NCBI GenBank assembly: GCA_951406725.2
Contig: OX597841.1
Location: forward strand, 17,918,001-17,982,000
Direction: 5' to 3'
Length of the DNA stretch: 64,000 bases
From: Octopus vulgaris
Lineage: Eukaryota
The notes under the pieces were generated by a model. The model was not told the DNA's origin and searched no databases. It worked only from the letters and a program-made list of their open reading frames with translations. Positions 26,722 through 40,709 of the stretch are shown in pieces (positions within the stretch are counted from its first letter, which is position 1; each line of letters begins with the position of its first letter). The position numbers and the translations under genes were made by a program.

Positions 26722-27505
26722 TCCCACCACCATTATAGGTGTCTACTCTTTGAACCCCCCTCTTCAATACGCTATTTCACCATGCATTACCCCTCTCTCG
26801 ATATCCTACGTTCTACTTGCCTAGAACCTGTCCTCTGAACCACCCCTCCCACTGGTGCTCCCCTATATTTCTGCACCCCCCACCACCATTATAGGTGTCT
26901 ACTCTTTGAACCCCCTCTTCAATACGCTATTTCACCATGCATTACCCCTCTCTCGATATCCTACGTTCTACTTGCCTAGAACCTGTCCTCTGAACCACCC
27001 CTCCCACTGGTGCTCCCCTATATTTCTGCACCCCCACCACCATTATAGGTGTCTACTATTTGAACCCCCTCTTCAATACGCTATTTCACCATGCATTACC
27101 CCTCTCTCGATATCCTACGTTCTACTTGCCAAGAACCTGTCCTCTGAACCACCCCTCCCACTGGTGCTCCCCTATATTTCTGCACCCCCCCACCACCATT
27201 ATAGGTGTCTACTATTTGAAGCCCCCTCTTCAATACGCTATTTCACCATGCATTACCCCTCTCTCGATATCCTACGTTCTACTTGCCTAGAACCTGTCCT
27301 CTGAACCACCCCTCCCACTGGTGCTCCCCTATATTTCTGCACCCCCCACCACCATTATAGGTGTCTACTCTTTGAACCCCCTCTTCAATACGCTATTTCA
27401 CCATGCATTACCCCTCTCTCGATATCCTACGTTCTACTTGCCTAGAACCTGTCCTCTGAACCATCCCTCCAACTGATGCTCCCCTATATTTCTGCACGCC
27501 CCCCC
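26722..27505 (+). repeat. Tandem repeat, 154-156-bp unit, 5 copies, C-rich on the + strand
   Basis: CATTATAGGTGTCTACT at 26731, 26887, 27041, 27197 and 27353. Confidence 0.95.
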
Positions 27506-27741
27506 CATAAAAAGCACCATCCGAACGTGGCCGATGCCAGACCCCTCTGGCACCTGTGATGGTGGCACGTAAAAAACACCCACTACACTCGCGGAGTGGT
27601 TGGCGTTAGGAAGGGCATCCAGCTGTAGAAACACTGCCAGACTAGACTGGAGCCAGGGGCAGTCCCGAGCTCCCCAGACCCCGGTCGAAACCGTCCAACC
27701 CGTGCTAGCGCGGAAAACGGACGTTAAATGATGATGATGAT

Positions 27742-27777
<36 letters not shown>

Positions 27778-27846
27778 TAAAGATAGAACAGTAATGTATT
27801 TATATGCAGTTAAGTGTGTCCAGCCATAGAGTGACCCTTTACTATT

Positions 27847-27908
27847 AGAGTCTGATGAATTGTCTATAAAGCCAGGCACTTTATGGATATGAAACCATTT
27901 GTCACTCT
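27847..27908 (+). ncRNA. Type-I hammerhead ribozyme motif, GUC site
   Basis: AGAGT-CTGATGA-(ATTGTCTATAAAG/CTTTATGGATAT stem II)-GAAAC-CATTT-GTC-ACTCT. A 5'-deleted sister copy at 22855-22905 has stem III ACC-ATT-GGT. Confidence 0.8.
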
Positions 27909-28365
27909 GTGACTAGATATATATTTAACTGCATCCATATATATAACAAAGTCGAATTGGAAGGTACCAGATGAGTGAAAATATAGAGTGAAGAGGATTT
28001 GAAAAGGCAGAGGTCTTTTAAAGATGTTTATTGACTTGACTGGTTTCACTTTTTTATATAGGGGTACAGTGCAAGAGTAGGAAGACTGTAAGCTTCAAGC
28101 AGTGACGGCAGAAACAGAGAACAAAGAATGGACAGTGTATGTAACATATGATATGTAACCTTCATTTAATTAAACTAATCTGAGCTTGATGATTAGGTAC
28201 ATTGAGCAGCCCTCACAGCATAACTGTTTGCAGCAGAGATTCACCTAGCTAAGAAATATATGCACACTTTATTCCGTTCCATCACTTTACCTATTACGCT
28301 CCATCAATATGTGACCGCGATTTTCTTTCTCTGTCTTCCCTTCCTTGGACCTTTCCTTTTTCTAT

Positions 28366-28400
28366 GTTTCTGACGAAGAGCTCCGCTCGAAACGTTAAAT
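28366..28400 (+). ncRNA. Minimal hammerhead ribozyme motif (Penelope pLTR type)
   Basis: GTTT-CTGACGA-A-GAGC-TCC-GCTC-GAAACGTT-AAAT, with the palindrome AACGTT in place of stem III. Confidence 0.7.
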
Positions 28401-28498
28401 CCTCCTTCTTTCTTTCCTTTCCTGAGTGTGCAATAACACTATACTTGCCCCAAATCCTCGCATTGTTGTGTTTTCTCTTTGTCTTTTCATGTTTGGAT

Positions 28499-28660
<162 letters not shown>

Positions 28661-28667
28661 ATATGTA

Positions 28668-28699
<32 letters not shown>

Positions 28700-29369
28700 C
28701 ACAAGCATATATATATATATATGTATGTATGTATGTACACACATACACACACATGCACACACATACTTAATTAATATTCAGCAGAAGTAACAAAGTGACT
28801 CAAGCGTTAATAGTTTCATGTATTAGTACTTATCAAGCTAATGCATGAAACTCAGGGCCTTTGAGTCACTCTGTTGCTTCTGATGAATATTAATAATAAA
28901 TATGCATTTATATATTTGCGCTTTGATTTCCATTTTTTCCTGTGTTTTTATCTGAAAACTTTTCAGTAAAATGTAATTTTCTTTCTTTGTGTCACAATTA
29001 CTTTGTGAAAATAGAATTTTGTATATTTTCATATATTCATACATACATATGTATGTCGGTGACATGTATAAAGCACCAACCGATCGTGGCCGTTTGCCAG
29101 CCTCCCCTGGCTCTTGTGCCAGTGGGATGTAAAAAGCACCCACGACACTCACATTGTGGTTGGCCTTAGGAAGGACATCCAGCTGTAGAAACACTGCCAG
29201 ATCAGACTGGAGCCTGGTGCAGCCTTCTGGCTTCCCAGACTCCGGTCAAACCGTCCAACCCATGCTAGCATGGAAAACGGACATTAAATGATGATTATAT
29301 ACAAACATATATATATATATATATATATATAAATATTAAAGCATACATACATGCTCACATACAAACAGC

Positions 29370-29688
29370 TGTCCAGTGGTTAATATAAGGCTAAAGATCA
29401 GTGAAATAGAAAACACCTCTGCTGAACTATTGAGAAATATAGAGTTACTTTACCTAGATTACAAGTTCAGGTTTATACTGGGATATGTAACACACTGCCT
29501 AAATGCCAATCTTGAGAAATTAGGGCTCTCAAAACCAGAAAGGGGAAAGCTGATTCGAAGACTGTAGATCCAATCCATTACTGGAACTGTAAACATCTGT
29601 AAAACTTTGCAGAAGTTTATCATACGAATATATACGAGCATGTTTAGATATGCATGAAAATACATACATACAAACATACATACATACA

Positions 29689-29720
<32 letters not shown>

Positions 29721-29830
29721 AAAATGCCCTGAAGTTGCTGCTGAGATTCCAATAAAGGAGTCTTGGATCTAGTTTAGAAACCAGCTCTTTCTCTATTGGC
29801 AGGAAATCTTGAAATAAAACAGAATAATGA
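29370..29830 (+). mobile_element. 3' fragment of an R4/Dong-type LINE
   Basis: Homologous to the reverse complement of 56160-56400 (NLEKLGLSKPERGKLIRRL versus NLDKLGFSEREIDRLIRM). Confidence 0.65.
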
Positions 29831-30521
29831 TATATGTCTACGTATATCTTCCATTTGTTTCAGTCGTTTGACTGGAGCCATGCTAAGGAATGGCTCCTTG
29901 AAGAATTTTAATCAAATGAAAAGAGCCCCAGTTCTTCTTTTGCTGAACTGCTTAGTTATGGGGATGTAAACATACCAACAACGGTTGTTAAGTGGTGTTG
30001 AAGAATACACACACACACACACATACACACACACGACAGGCTTCTTTTAGCTTCTGTCTGCCAAATCTACTCACAAGGCTGTGCTAGAAGATGCTTGGCC
30101 AAAGGTGCCACACAGTGGAACTGAACCTGGAACCATGTGGTTGGGAAGCAAACTTTTTACCACACAGCCATCCACACATACAAATATATATATACATATT
30201 TGTATGTGTATATAGATATATGTGTATATATGTATACCTATAGGTATTAACACACACACACACACACACACACACAAGCACATACATACATACATACAAA
30301 CACACACATAGACATGTATGTATCTGCAATGTATGTATAATTGTGTATGTATGTCTGTGTTGTTTATGCTGGTCTTAACAGGGTGCGTTTGCGGTGAACC
30401 ATTTTTCTTGTTCAGAATAATAATGGATTGAGAGATTGTGATCAATAACTTACATAGAGAAATCAGTTGACAATTAATAGAATAAAAAGGATTATGGCAT
30501 CATTATCTCAATTGATGAATA

Positions 30522-30571
<50 letters not shown>

Positions 30572-30907
30572 AATGATTATATGTAAAAGCATATTAAGAC
30601 ATCTGTACAATCTATCTCATCTGCTAATGCTTATATATATGTGTATATATATATATATATATATACATACACATGTTCATATCTATCTATCTCTCTATAT
30701 ATATATGTGCATGTGTGTGTCTATATATATGTATGTATGTACATATGTATGTATACATACATATATATATATGTACATATATATATACATATACATTGAT
30801 ATATACATATATATATGCACATATATATATAAACATATAAATATGTATATATATATATGTATATATGTATATATATATGTATACATATATATATGTATAC
30901 ATATATG

Positions 30908-30953
<46 letters not shown>

Positions 30954-30961
30954 CATATATG

Positions 30962-31010
<49 letters not shown>

Positions 31011-31382
31011 GTGCACACACACTCACACACTATATGACACACACACACACATCTGTAATATGTGCAATGGGTATTGGGTGTGTCTGTGCATGTAGTTGGG
31101 TGTGGGTGAGTGTACCTTAGCTCTCTATATAAAGCCAGCTGTGTTGAACCGTTGCTGCAATCAGAAGAGATTCTCTCCACTCAGCGACATTCCAAAGAAA
31201 CTTTGTTCAAGGTGAGTAGCACAGAGTTATCCTCTTCTCTCCCTCATGGCTTTGCCATCTTTTGCAGATTCTCACAATTCACGCACATAAACACACACAC
31301 ATCTATACATAAACACACACATATATTGCATACATACATACATCAGAAGCATACATATATACTCTCTCTTTTACTCTTTTAC

Positions 31383-31765
31383 TCTTTTACTTGTTTCAGC
31401 CGTTTGACTGCAGCCATGCTGGAGCACTGCCTTTAATCGAGCAAATCGACCCCAGGACTTATTCTTTGTAAGCCTAGTACTTACTCTATCGGTCTCTTTT
31501 GCCGAACCGCTAAGTTACGGGGACATAAACACACCAGCATCGGTTCTCAAGCGATGTTGGGGGACAAACAAAGACACACACACATATATATATACATATA
31601 TACGACAGGCTTCTTTCAGTTTCCATCTACCAAACCCACTCACAAGGCTTTGGTCGAGCCGAGGCTATAGTAGAAGACACTTGCCCAAGGTGCCACACAG
31701 TGGGACTGAACCCAGAACCATGTGGTTGGTAAGGAAGTTACTTACCACACAGCCACTCCTGCACC
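31383..31765 (-). mobile_element. SINE family A, full length
   Basis: Reverse complement of the family A sequence at 20430-20870. Confidence 0.85.
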
Positions 31766-31774
31766 TATATATAT

Positions 31775-31841
<67 letters not shown>

Positions 31842-32107
31842 TTAGAGACAAAACCACTATTAAGCAAATCAAACAAAGAAAGACTTAATCCAATATATTT
31901 ATAATAATCTTTTACTTGTTTCAGTCATTTGACTGTGGCCATGCTAGAGCACCACATTTAGTCAAGCAAATCGACCCCGGGACTTATTCTTTGTAAGCCC
32001 AGTACTTATTCTATTAGTCTCTTTTGCTGTACTGCTAAGATACAGGGACTTAAACACAACAACATTAGTTGTCAAGCATTGGTGGGGGTACAAACACAGA
32101 CACACAA

Positions 32108-32189
<82 letters not shown>

Positions 32190-33026
32190 ATGGGCTTCTT
32201 TCAGTTTCTGTCTACCAAATCCATTCACAAGTAGAAGACACCTACCCAAGGTACCATGCAGTGGGACTGAACCCCGAACCATGTGGTTGGGAAGCAAGCT
32301 TTGTACCACACAGCCACTCCTGCACCTATAAGCCACCCCTGTGCCTATATCTATCCCTCTCTCTACACACACGCATATATATATATCCACACCAAAAAAT
32401 AAGATTAAGAATTATATTTTATTGTTCGCTAAACCCGTACCCCCAAGGTTTACTGTCTGGAAACCAGGATTTTCTATACCTGAAAAATTTCAGTCTTAGT
32501 CTGGAATCCGACAGTGTTGATAACCCCGAACTCATCCTATCTTTACCCCCTACCAGGACTTTATATATGTATATACATATATTTAAAGGAGCCCCTGACC
32601 ATGGGATTGCACCTGGAAAAGTTCCCTTCCAACACACAAGTCTAGGCAAGGTCGTTTATGGAAGAGCAGCATTCACCCATGCATACCAGCCCCCCCTCTC
32701 AACACCACCGATGTTATCCGAGGGAAAGGCAAAGGAGCTGATACAGCTTGGCACCAATGATGTTGCAATGAACTGGAGTAATGTGGAATAAAGTGTCTTG
32801 CTCAAGAACACAACACACAGCCTGGTCCAAGAATCCAACTCACTACCCCATGATTGTGCATGCAATGCTCTAACCACTGCAGGGTAGTTGGCGTTAGGAA
32901 GGGCATCCAGTAATAAAAACCATGTCAAAACAGACATAGAAGTTTGGTGCAGTCTTCTGCCTAGCCAGATCCTGTCAAACCGTCAAACTCATGCCAGCAT
33001 TGAAAGCAGACGTAAATGATGATGAG

Positions 33027-33061
<35 letters not shown>

Positions 33062-33097
33062 CACACACACACATATACATATATGTATGTATGCATA

Positions 33098-34611
33098 CAG
33101 TAACGGCCATAATATAAGGATCTGTAAGAACAAGTGTAATGAAATAGTTATTATAGAAGATTAACAAAACGTTGAGACAAGATATTTTACACATATTTAG
33201 ATATATCTAATATCTATCTTTCGTGAAAAATTCAAGTGAATCGAATAAATATTCCATAAATTATGAGGAAATAAACAAACAATCTTCGAAACTACAGCGG
33301 CCAAAAGTTAAGTCACTCAGGAAAGATGAACTACTAACCGAGATATTTGTTGCTTAGAAGACTATTAATGGGCGAACAGTTACTTCTTATGATTTCACAT
33401 TATTGAACCATTCAGCTGTCAACATGGTGGCTTGTGACAGACGACCGGTAGGGAAAAACAAACGCCTGTGTACCTTCACCGAGAGGGCAAATAAAATTCT
33501 GTGATAGCAAATACTGTAGGAAGGTCTAGAAGTGTTGTTCAACAAATTGTTACTAGTTTTAAGTCATCCGGATCGACAGATGCTACACCCAAAACCGGTA
33601 AACCTTGCAAAGCTTCACCAAGACAGGATCGTATTAATGTTAGCAAGTGACTGAAAAATAGGTTTAAGAGTGCTGCTGAGATATTCCCTGAGTTTAGCTC
33701 TACTTCCGTTGTCAACGTATCGCGCAAAACAGTTTCTCGGAGGTTACGAGGTTCTGGTTTGCTTGCTCGAGCACCGGCAAAGAAACCTCTGATCTCCAAG
33801 AAGAATCGAAGATCCTGTTTTCATTTCGCTCACGAACATATCGTTTGGACAGAAGAACAGTGGTCTCAGGTTCATTTCAGCGATGAATCAAGGTTTAATG
33901 TGATCGGTTCCGATGGTGATATGTACTTCCGACGAAAAAGTGGCGAAAGGCTATCTCGTGCATGTGTGAACAAGACAGTGAAATATGGAGGCAGCGTAAT
34001 GATACGGGGAATGATGTCTGCTGCTAGTCCTGTTCCATTTATTCGCCTACAAGGGACTCTCAATGCTGAAATCTACAAGTAGTTTCCTAGACAACATGCC
34101 CTTCCACATCTCCGATCCTCGCCAGTTCAACCTCCTATCTTCGTGCAGGACAACGCTCCCTAACACTCTATGAGTTGATCTCATGGACGGGCCACCTGAA
34201 AGTCCTGCCCTCAACCCTATAGAAAACCGTTGGAAGATTATTGGAGATGGAGCGCGAAGGAGGAATCCAAAGAACCAAGATGAACTCTGGGAATTATTGA
34301 AAAACGAATGGAACAATATTATTCCATTCTTTTGCATTGATAGCAAAAGGGATGGTCACAAAATCTTAAGAGTAAGGGTTTCCTTTTTGTTCTTGTTCCA
34401 TTTCTCATTGCTTTTCTAAGTGACCCTTAACGTTTGGCTGTTGCAATTTGGAAGATTCTTCATTTATTTCCTCGTAACTTACAACGTGTTTACTGCAATC
34501 ATCTGGAATTTTCACGAAAGATAGATATTAAATATATCTAAATATGTGTAAAATATCTAGTCTCAATGCTTCTATGATAAATATTTCTTACTTATATTAT
34601 GGGCGTTACTG
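33098..34611 (+). mobile_element. Degenerate Tc1-like transposon with long (~200-bp) TIRs
   Basis: Ends CAGTAACG(G/C)CCATAATATAAG. Transposase motifs KKPLIS, VHFSDESRF, QDNAP and PPESPALNPIENRW, with stops and frameshifts. Confidence 0.9.
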
Positions 34612-34726
34612 ATATATATAAAGAGAGAGAGAGAGAGAGAGAATATCGTGGTGTGAGTTCGCTTGTGGTCTAAATGAATAGTTACGCTGAGTAAGTGCTA
34701 TAGTTGGTCGTCCGTTAGGTTAGCAT

Positions 34727-34931
34727 GTCCACGCACTGGGTATTCCGTCACTAGAGACAAGGTATGAATATTTTAGACAGGGAAAATTTACAGTTTATAA
34801 AGAATAAAACAGAAGAATAAAGAGTAAGGTAGAATACTTTCTTCTATTTTATTCCTTATGTAAACTGTAAATTTTCTCAGTCTAAAATATTCATACCTTG
34901 TCTCTGATGACGGAATACCCAGTGCGTGGAC
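34727..34931. repeat. Hairpin element with ~90-bp arms containing a hammerhead 5' half (CTGATGA 34904-34910)
   Basis: GTCCACGCACTGGGTATTCCGTCA...TGACGGAATACCCAGTGCGTGGAC. No downstream GAAAC half is visible. Confidence 0.7.
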
Positions 34932-35069
34932 TAACTAACCTACCACTTGGGTTATCCCAGAGGCGGCTGGAAGGCTTCAAGTTTACCTTGCTCTAATTAA
35001 ATCATTCTAAATACTCGTTCTGCCTTGGTTTTGCTTTTCCCTCTAATATTACACGCACGCACGCACGCG

Positions 35070-35163
<94 letters not shown>

Positions 35164-37933
35164 GATACAGGTAAGAATTAAACATTTTGAACATGTAGTG
35201 AATCTTGCATGCATGAAGTGGATTCGATCCACCACAGCCAAATTTAAATTAACACTGCAACAGAACTGTTCCCACGGTGGAACAATGGTTTTTCTCCGAC
35301 AGCAGTTTTACATTTTCCAGATGCCTTTAGTTAGGCCGAAATAATGTCTTCACCACTTGACCCTTTCTAACCTCTTCCACTTCACCAAAAGCTAGAATAG
35401 AGATAACAAGACCACCAACTAAATCTATTGTTCTCAATGATATATCTATCCTTCGTCACAGTGGTGACGACTCAACGACGTCTGGTTAGAGGGAGAAAGC
35501 AACTGTGAGACAACACCCTACAATTCTCTCTAGCTCTAATTCTGTTCTCTTACAACATCATCCTGTCTCTCTCAGCAATTACTACTACTAAACAATGAAG
35601 AGGACACAAACACAAACTTTACTTTGCATGCTTCTGGATGTATCATTAACCTGCTCGTCGAGGCAAGGTATTGTAGCTTAACGGTAAATAAATACTTTCT
35701 TAAAACTTCATGCATTGTTCCCCTTTCACATCCTACAACATGCAATCATAGCAACAAATAATTATCGATTCAAAGGCTGAGGCCGATATTTTATCTTAAA
35801 ACTGTTTAGCAATAAATTTCTTTGCCGTTACAAACATTTCAAGAACAAGTAAAGAGGCTCTGACCAAATTTGGGTTGGTAGATTCAAATGGTATTTTGTA
35901 CATGTGTTTGAAATATTCAAAAGGTATTCACCTTGTTAGACTTGACAATTACGAACTCCATGTGAGTAAGGAGGGGTTCTGTCGATGATGCTTTTTCTCG
36001 TCCTTACATCTGAAGGAGTATATGTGATGTGTAAATATCCCTCTGATCTTAGTGACCAGTTGCAGAACAGCGAGGCGGATTCGAAACCGAATTCACACGT
36101 TTATTAATTGTCAAAGAAATTTCTACTGTTTTCGCCTCTTTGCACGAATGGATTGATGGGAATGAATTGACGTCTTGATCTTTCTCTGGTCGCAGAAGGA
36201 TCAAGACAGAGAATTCTGGTAAAGTCTATTGTTCTCAGTTGACCTCCTTTAATTAGAAAACATATAAAAACACAAGCAATTTAGCCATGTCTGCCTTTCG
36301 GTCATCCGCCGCTGGCCGAAGAGCAAATCATCGCCCTCTCTGTGTGTGAACGTAGAACTTTTATTATTATCTCCAGCTGCGTAGATCACTTTTACTCATT
36401 CCACCTGCATAGTGGCACGGGGATGGAGCTAGCATCCACAAACAATGAACCATGGATCCACCAAATATATTTTACTGCATTTACACACAACGATGCGACA
36501 ATGTCGTTTGTTTTACAAACAAACAATAAACCTTTAGCACACTGCATTTCCTCGAGAGTTGTTTCCCTTGCCACTGCCCTGTTACTAAAGGGGGGAAACT
36601 CATGCGCTAACATGGTGCACCTACAGTGTATTAAAGACGAAATAAACGACCATCTTCACAATTAATATTAATTTTTAATCCTTTCTCCGAATGCATCTTC
36701 TCATTCAATCTTCTTCGTTGCATTTCGATGACACTCGTTATATTTTTGGTGACTCTCGACTAGGCTTAAATAATTGCTTGCCTTCTGAAACAATTGCACT
36801 ATGTCGTCACAAATAGTAGCTTTCTATGCGAGACTCAAGAATTGCACGCCTTCCATTGTTCACGGTTTACCTACTTTGATTAACAAACACACAAAGACAC
36901 CAGGGAAATGGCTATCTCTCTTTTTCGGTCATTCCAGTAATATTATTAACTAATATTATAAGCAATTAAATAAATGGCCATTTTCATAAGTAATAATATT
37001 CCTTGATTATTTTTCCAATGAATCTTCTCATTCAATCATTGTCGTTACATTTTGGGTACCCTCGTCGTTTTATATATATATACGTATATGTGTGAGTGTA
37101 TGTATGTATATATATACACCTTTAACGTAGTTCTCAGGGAGATTCAGCGTGATGCAGAATGTGACAAGGCTGTTCCCTTTGAAACACAGGTGCAAGAAGA
37201 AAGAGTGAGAGAAAGTTGTGGTGAAAGAGTACAGCAGGGTTCGCCACCACCCCGCTTCTGGAGCCTCGTGGAGCTTTAGGTGTTTTTGTTCAATAAACAC
37301 TCACAACGCCAGGTATGGGAATCGAAACCGCGATCCCATGACTGCGAGTCCGCTTCCCTAACCACTGTGCCATTGCGCCTCCCCCTCCTACAGTGTGTGT
37401 GTGTGTGTGTGTGTGTATGTCTCTTTTTGTATCACCTAGTTGTCCGGATGTATATATATATATATAATATACAAAATGGGACATGAACGCAAAACATCCG
37501 GACAACTAGGTGACACAAAAAGGGACAACAAAATATCCAAATACAAAGATACAAAGAAAACAAGGACGGGTCATTCGTAGCTTTCTATCCTCAGTCAAGA
37601 ACCAAATCATCCTCGCAATTTCGCTTGATTAATCTTATATATATATATATTCCTTTTTTTTTTATTAGTCTCAGTCATTTGACTGCGACCATAGATACAT
37701 AGACAGACAGACAGATATGTACGATTAGGGAGCACAAAGATGACAGCCTTTGCCAACTTAAAAGCAAGCTAAGTAACCCTGCCAATAAAGGTATTCTCGA
37801 TGCCAGCCCTGATTCACAGAACAACATTTCATCTGAACCTTCTCACAATCCCACCGACCGCACATTGGTATTTTATTATAACGAGTGATAGGGATGAAAG
37901 GTAAAGTTAAGCGCTCTGTGGGATTTGAACTCG

Positions 37934-38003
<70 letters not shown>

Positions 38004-38164
38004 ACAACTGTTACAAGATATGTTCTATATTCAAATAATTCTGTTAATGCGTGATATACATACTAGATTAGTTACAGTATATATATATATATAATAAAAT
38101 ATTAGGGAATAAATCCAAACTTACAGGGAAAAATCAGATTTAGGATTGAATCCAATTTTATAGT

Positions 38165-38395
38165 AAAATATTATATTATATTAAATTAGAGATAAAACCA
38201 CTATTAGGCAAATCATACAACATAAGATTAATTAATTTATATTATTTAAAAATATATCAAAATTATTTAAAAATTTTAATAATTTGGATATATTTTTAAA
38301 TAATATAAATTAATTAATCTTATGTATTGGCTTAAGTTTTTCATGGTATGATTTGCCTAATAGTGGTTTTATCTCTAATTTAATATAATATATTT
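38165..38395. repeat. AT-rich nested inverted-repeat element; partial sister copy at 31838-31900
   Basis: ATTAGAGATAAAACCACTATTAGGCAAATCATAC pairs with GTATGATTTGCCTAATAGTGGTTTTATCTCTAAT. Confidence 0.7.
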
Positions 38396-38402
38396 ATATA
38401 TA

Positions 38403-40341
38403 TCTCTATATATAAAACTGAAATGCGTTTTTACCGCTTGGATCGCTTTCAATGCCACTACATCCCGTCCGATTCGCTCCAAAATTTACAGGGACATGTA
38501 GAATGAGGTGACGATGCGCGTGGGCCACATTAGAAATCCCTATCTTAAAAGGTGTGGTTGCTAGGGGCCATCTTCTTCACTCACACTATTTCCTTCTTTC
38601 CCTCTCTTACTCCCCTTCATTTATAACGTTGACAATGTCCACTCCCGTTATTTAATGTATTCCCCTCAACTCCCTTTCACTTTGCCTTTATAAGGTCGTC
38701 AGGCGGCTTTCTTTGATGTATCTGTTTGTATTCATAGGGAGAATTATGATCGTCACAATTTATGTATATGTCTTCCTCACTCACTCACTCTTTTTCCTAA
38801 TGATAATTATCATCACCACCACCACCAACACACAATACTCACTCTATTTCATACAAACGGCCTTCTTTTATGTATCTGTCTGTGTGAAAGAGAGAGATAA
38901 CTGAAATTTTTTACTCGGTTTTTGTAGTGCGTGCGTGTGTATGCATGTATGTGTATATGTATGTATGCATGTATGTGTGTGTGTATGTATCTATGTATGT
39001 GTGTGTGTGTGTATGTATGTGTATGTGTGTGTATGTATGTATGTGTGAGTGTGCATGTATGTATGTACCTTTGCCTGTTTATGTAACAGTCTGCTATATA
39101 GAAATGAGGTTGACTCAATGGAAATGCATACATACACACACACATACATACACACACATACACACACATACATACACACACACACATACATAGATGCAGA
39201 CCTATGTTAAAAGTGCTGGCAAGTTTGCATGACAACTATTTTTTTCCTCAAATGAAAGGCGTGACCTCTAGGACAAAATTCCTCATCTTATAAAAGTGGC
39301 CCCAGTACACCCGAATGAAATCACGTTATATTAACCAAAATGTGAAAAGGGGTATAAATGGGGCTGGAAGGGGATTAAAATTTAAAGGAGCGGGTGTTTA
39401 GGAATTCTCTGTTACATCAAGCTAAAAAATTTGCGCCAGCCTTTTAATCGTCAATGTGTTGCCGTCCATGATGAAGAAGTTTTGAATGCTTGCCATGTCT
39501 ACTGTTGTGAAAAAGAATCACTTCAAAACTTGGTGTTTAGGGATTTTATTTTACATCAAGTTCAAAATTTTACGCCAGCCGTTAAACTGTCAAACCGTTG
39601 CTGTCCGTCGTTAAGAAATGCCAGCCATGCTGACTCTACTACCCTCAGATTCTATCCCTTCAAACTTTGGTTTCCAATATTTTATTATTTTTATTCAGCT
39701 CGCAAGTTCGTCTGTCCCTTTTAAATGTTAGTGTTTTGCTGTCTGCCTTGAAGCAGACCTTTCCGTTGTTACTGCCTGATATTTATGATTGATCTTTCTA
39801 AATATTTTATTTCTCAACTTACTCAAGATATTTTGTTGTTTATAAATGGGAGAGAGATAGATAAAGATAGAGATTAAGAGAAAGCGAGGGAGAGTCTGAG
39901 AGAAAGGAACAGTAAGAGAGTGGGGAAAGTGAGAGAGAAAGGAGAGAGAAACAAAGAGGGAGAATCATCATCATCATCATCGTTTAACGTCCGTTTTCCG
40001 TTCTAGCACGAGTTGGACAGTTTCACCAGGGTCTGGGAAGCCAGGAGGCTGCACCAGGCTCCAGTCTGATCTGGCAGTGTTTCTACAGGTGGATGCCCTT
40101 CCTAACGCCAACCACTCTGTGAGCGTAGTGGGTGCATTTTTCGTGCCGCCGGCACAGGTGCCAGGGGGGCTGGCAATGCCCACGATCGGTTGGTGCTTTT
40201 TACGTGTCACTGGCACAGAAGCCAGTCAAGGCGGCGCTGCAATCCGCCACGTTCGGATGGTACTTTTTACGTGCTGAAAGGAAGCAACAGAAAGTAACAA
40301 CCACACTCTTACCCGCGCGTAGAGCGGGTCACCTTCAGCTA

Positions 40342-40342
<1 letters not shown>
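38403..40342 (+). mobile_element. Probable non-autonomous Helitron with nested SINE and microsatellites
   Basis: 5' A|TCTCTATATATAAAACTG at 38403; 3' hairpin CCCGC-GCGTAGA-GCGGG then CTAG|T at 40339-40342. That both ends belong to one element is inferred. Confidence 0.55.
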
Positions 40343-40393
<51 letters not shown>

Positions 40394-40509
40394 GTAAATG
40401 TCGAACAATGAAAGTGAGAGCTCAACACCACATTGGTTTTCCAAAATGGAGGCAAACACCTTTCTCCATGTGAACTGTTTGAAAAATTGACATATATGTA
40501 TATACATAC

Positions 40510-40555
<46 letters not shown>

Positions 40556-40577
40556 GACATATATACACACATACATT

Positions 40578-40610
<33 letters not shown>

Positions 40611-40611
40611 A

Positions 40612-40709
<98 letters not shown>

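Noticed and set aside
36342-36665. 107-aa ORF in the repeat-free island
   Set aside because: Non-ATG start, no recognisable domain and no convincing splice sites.
37560-37635. CTGAGGA and GAAA on the minus strand
   Set aside because: I could not build the three stems around the core.
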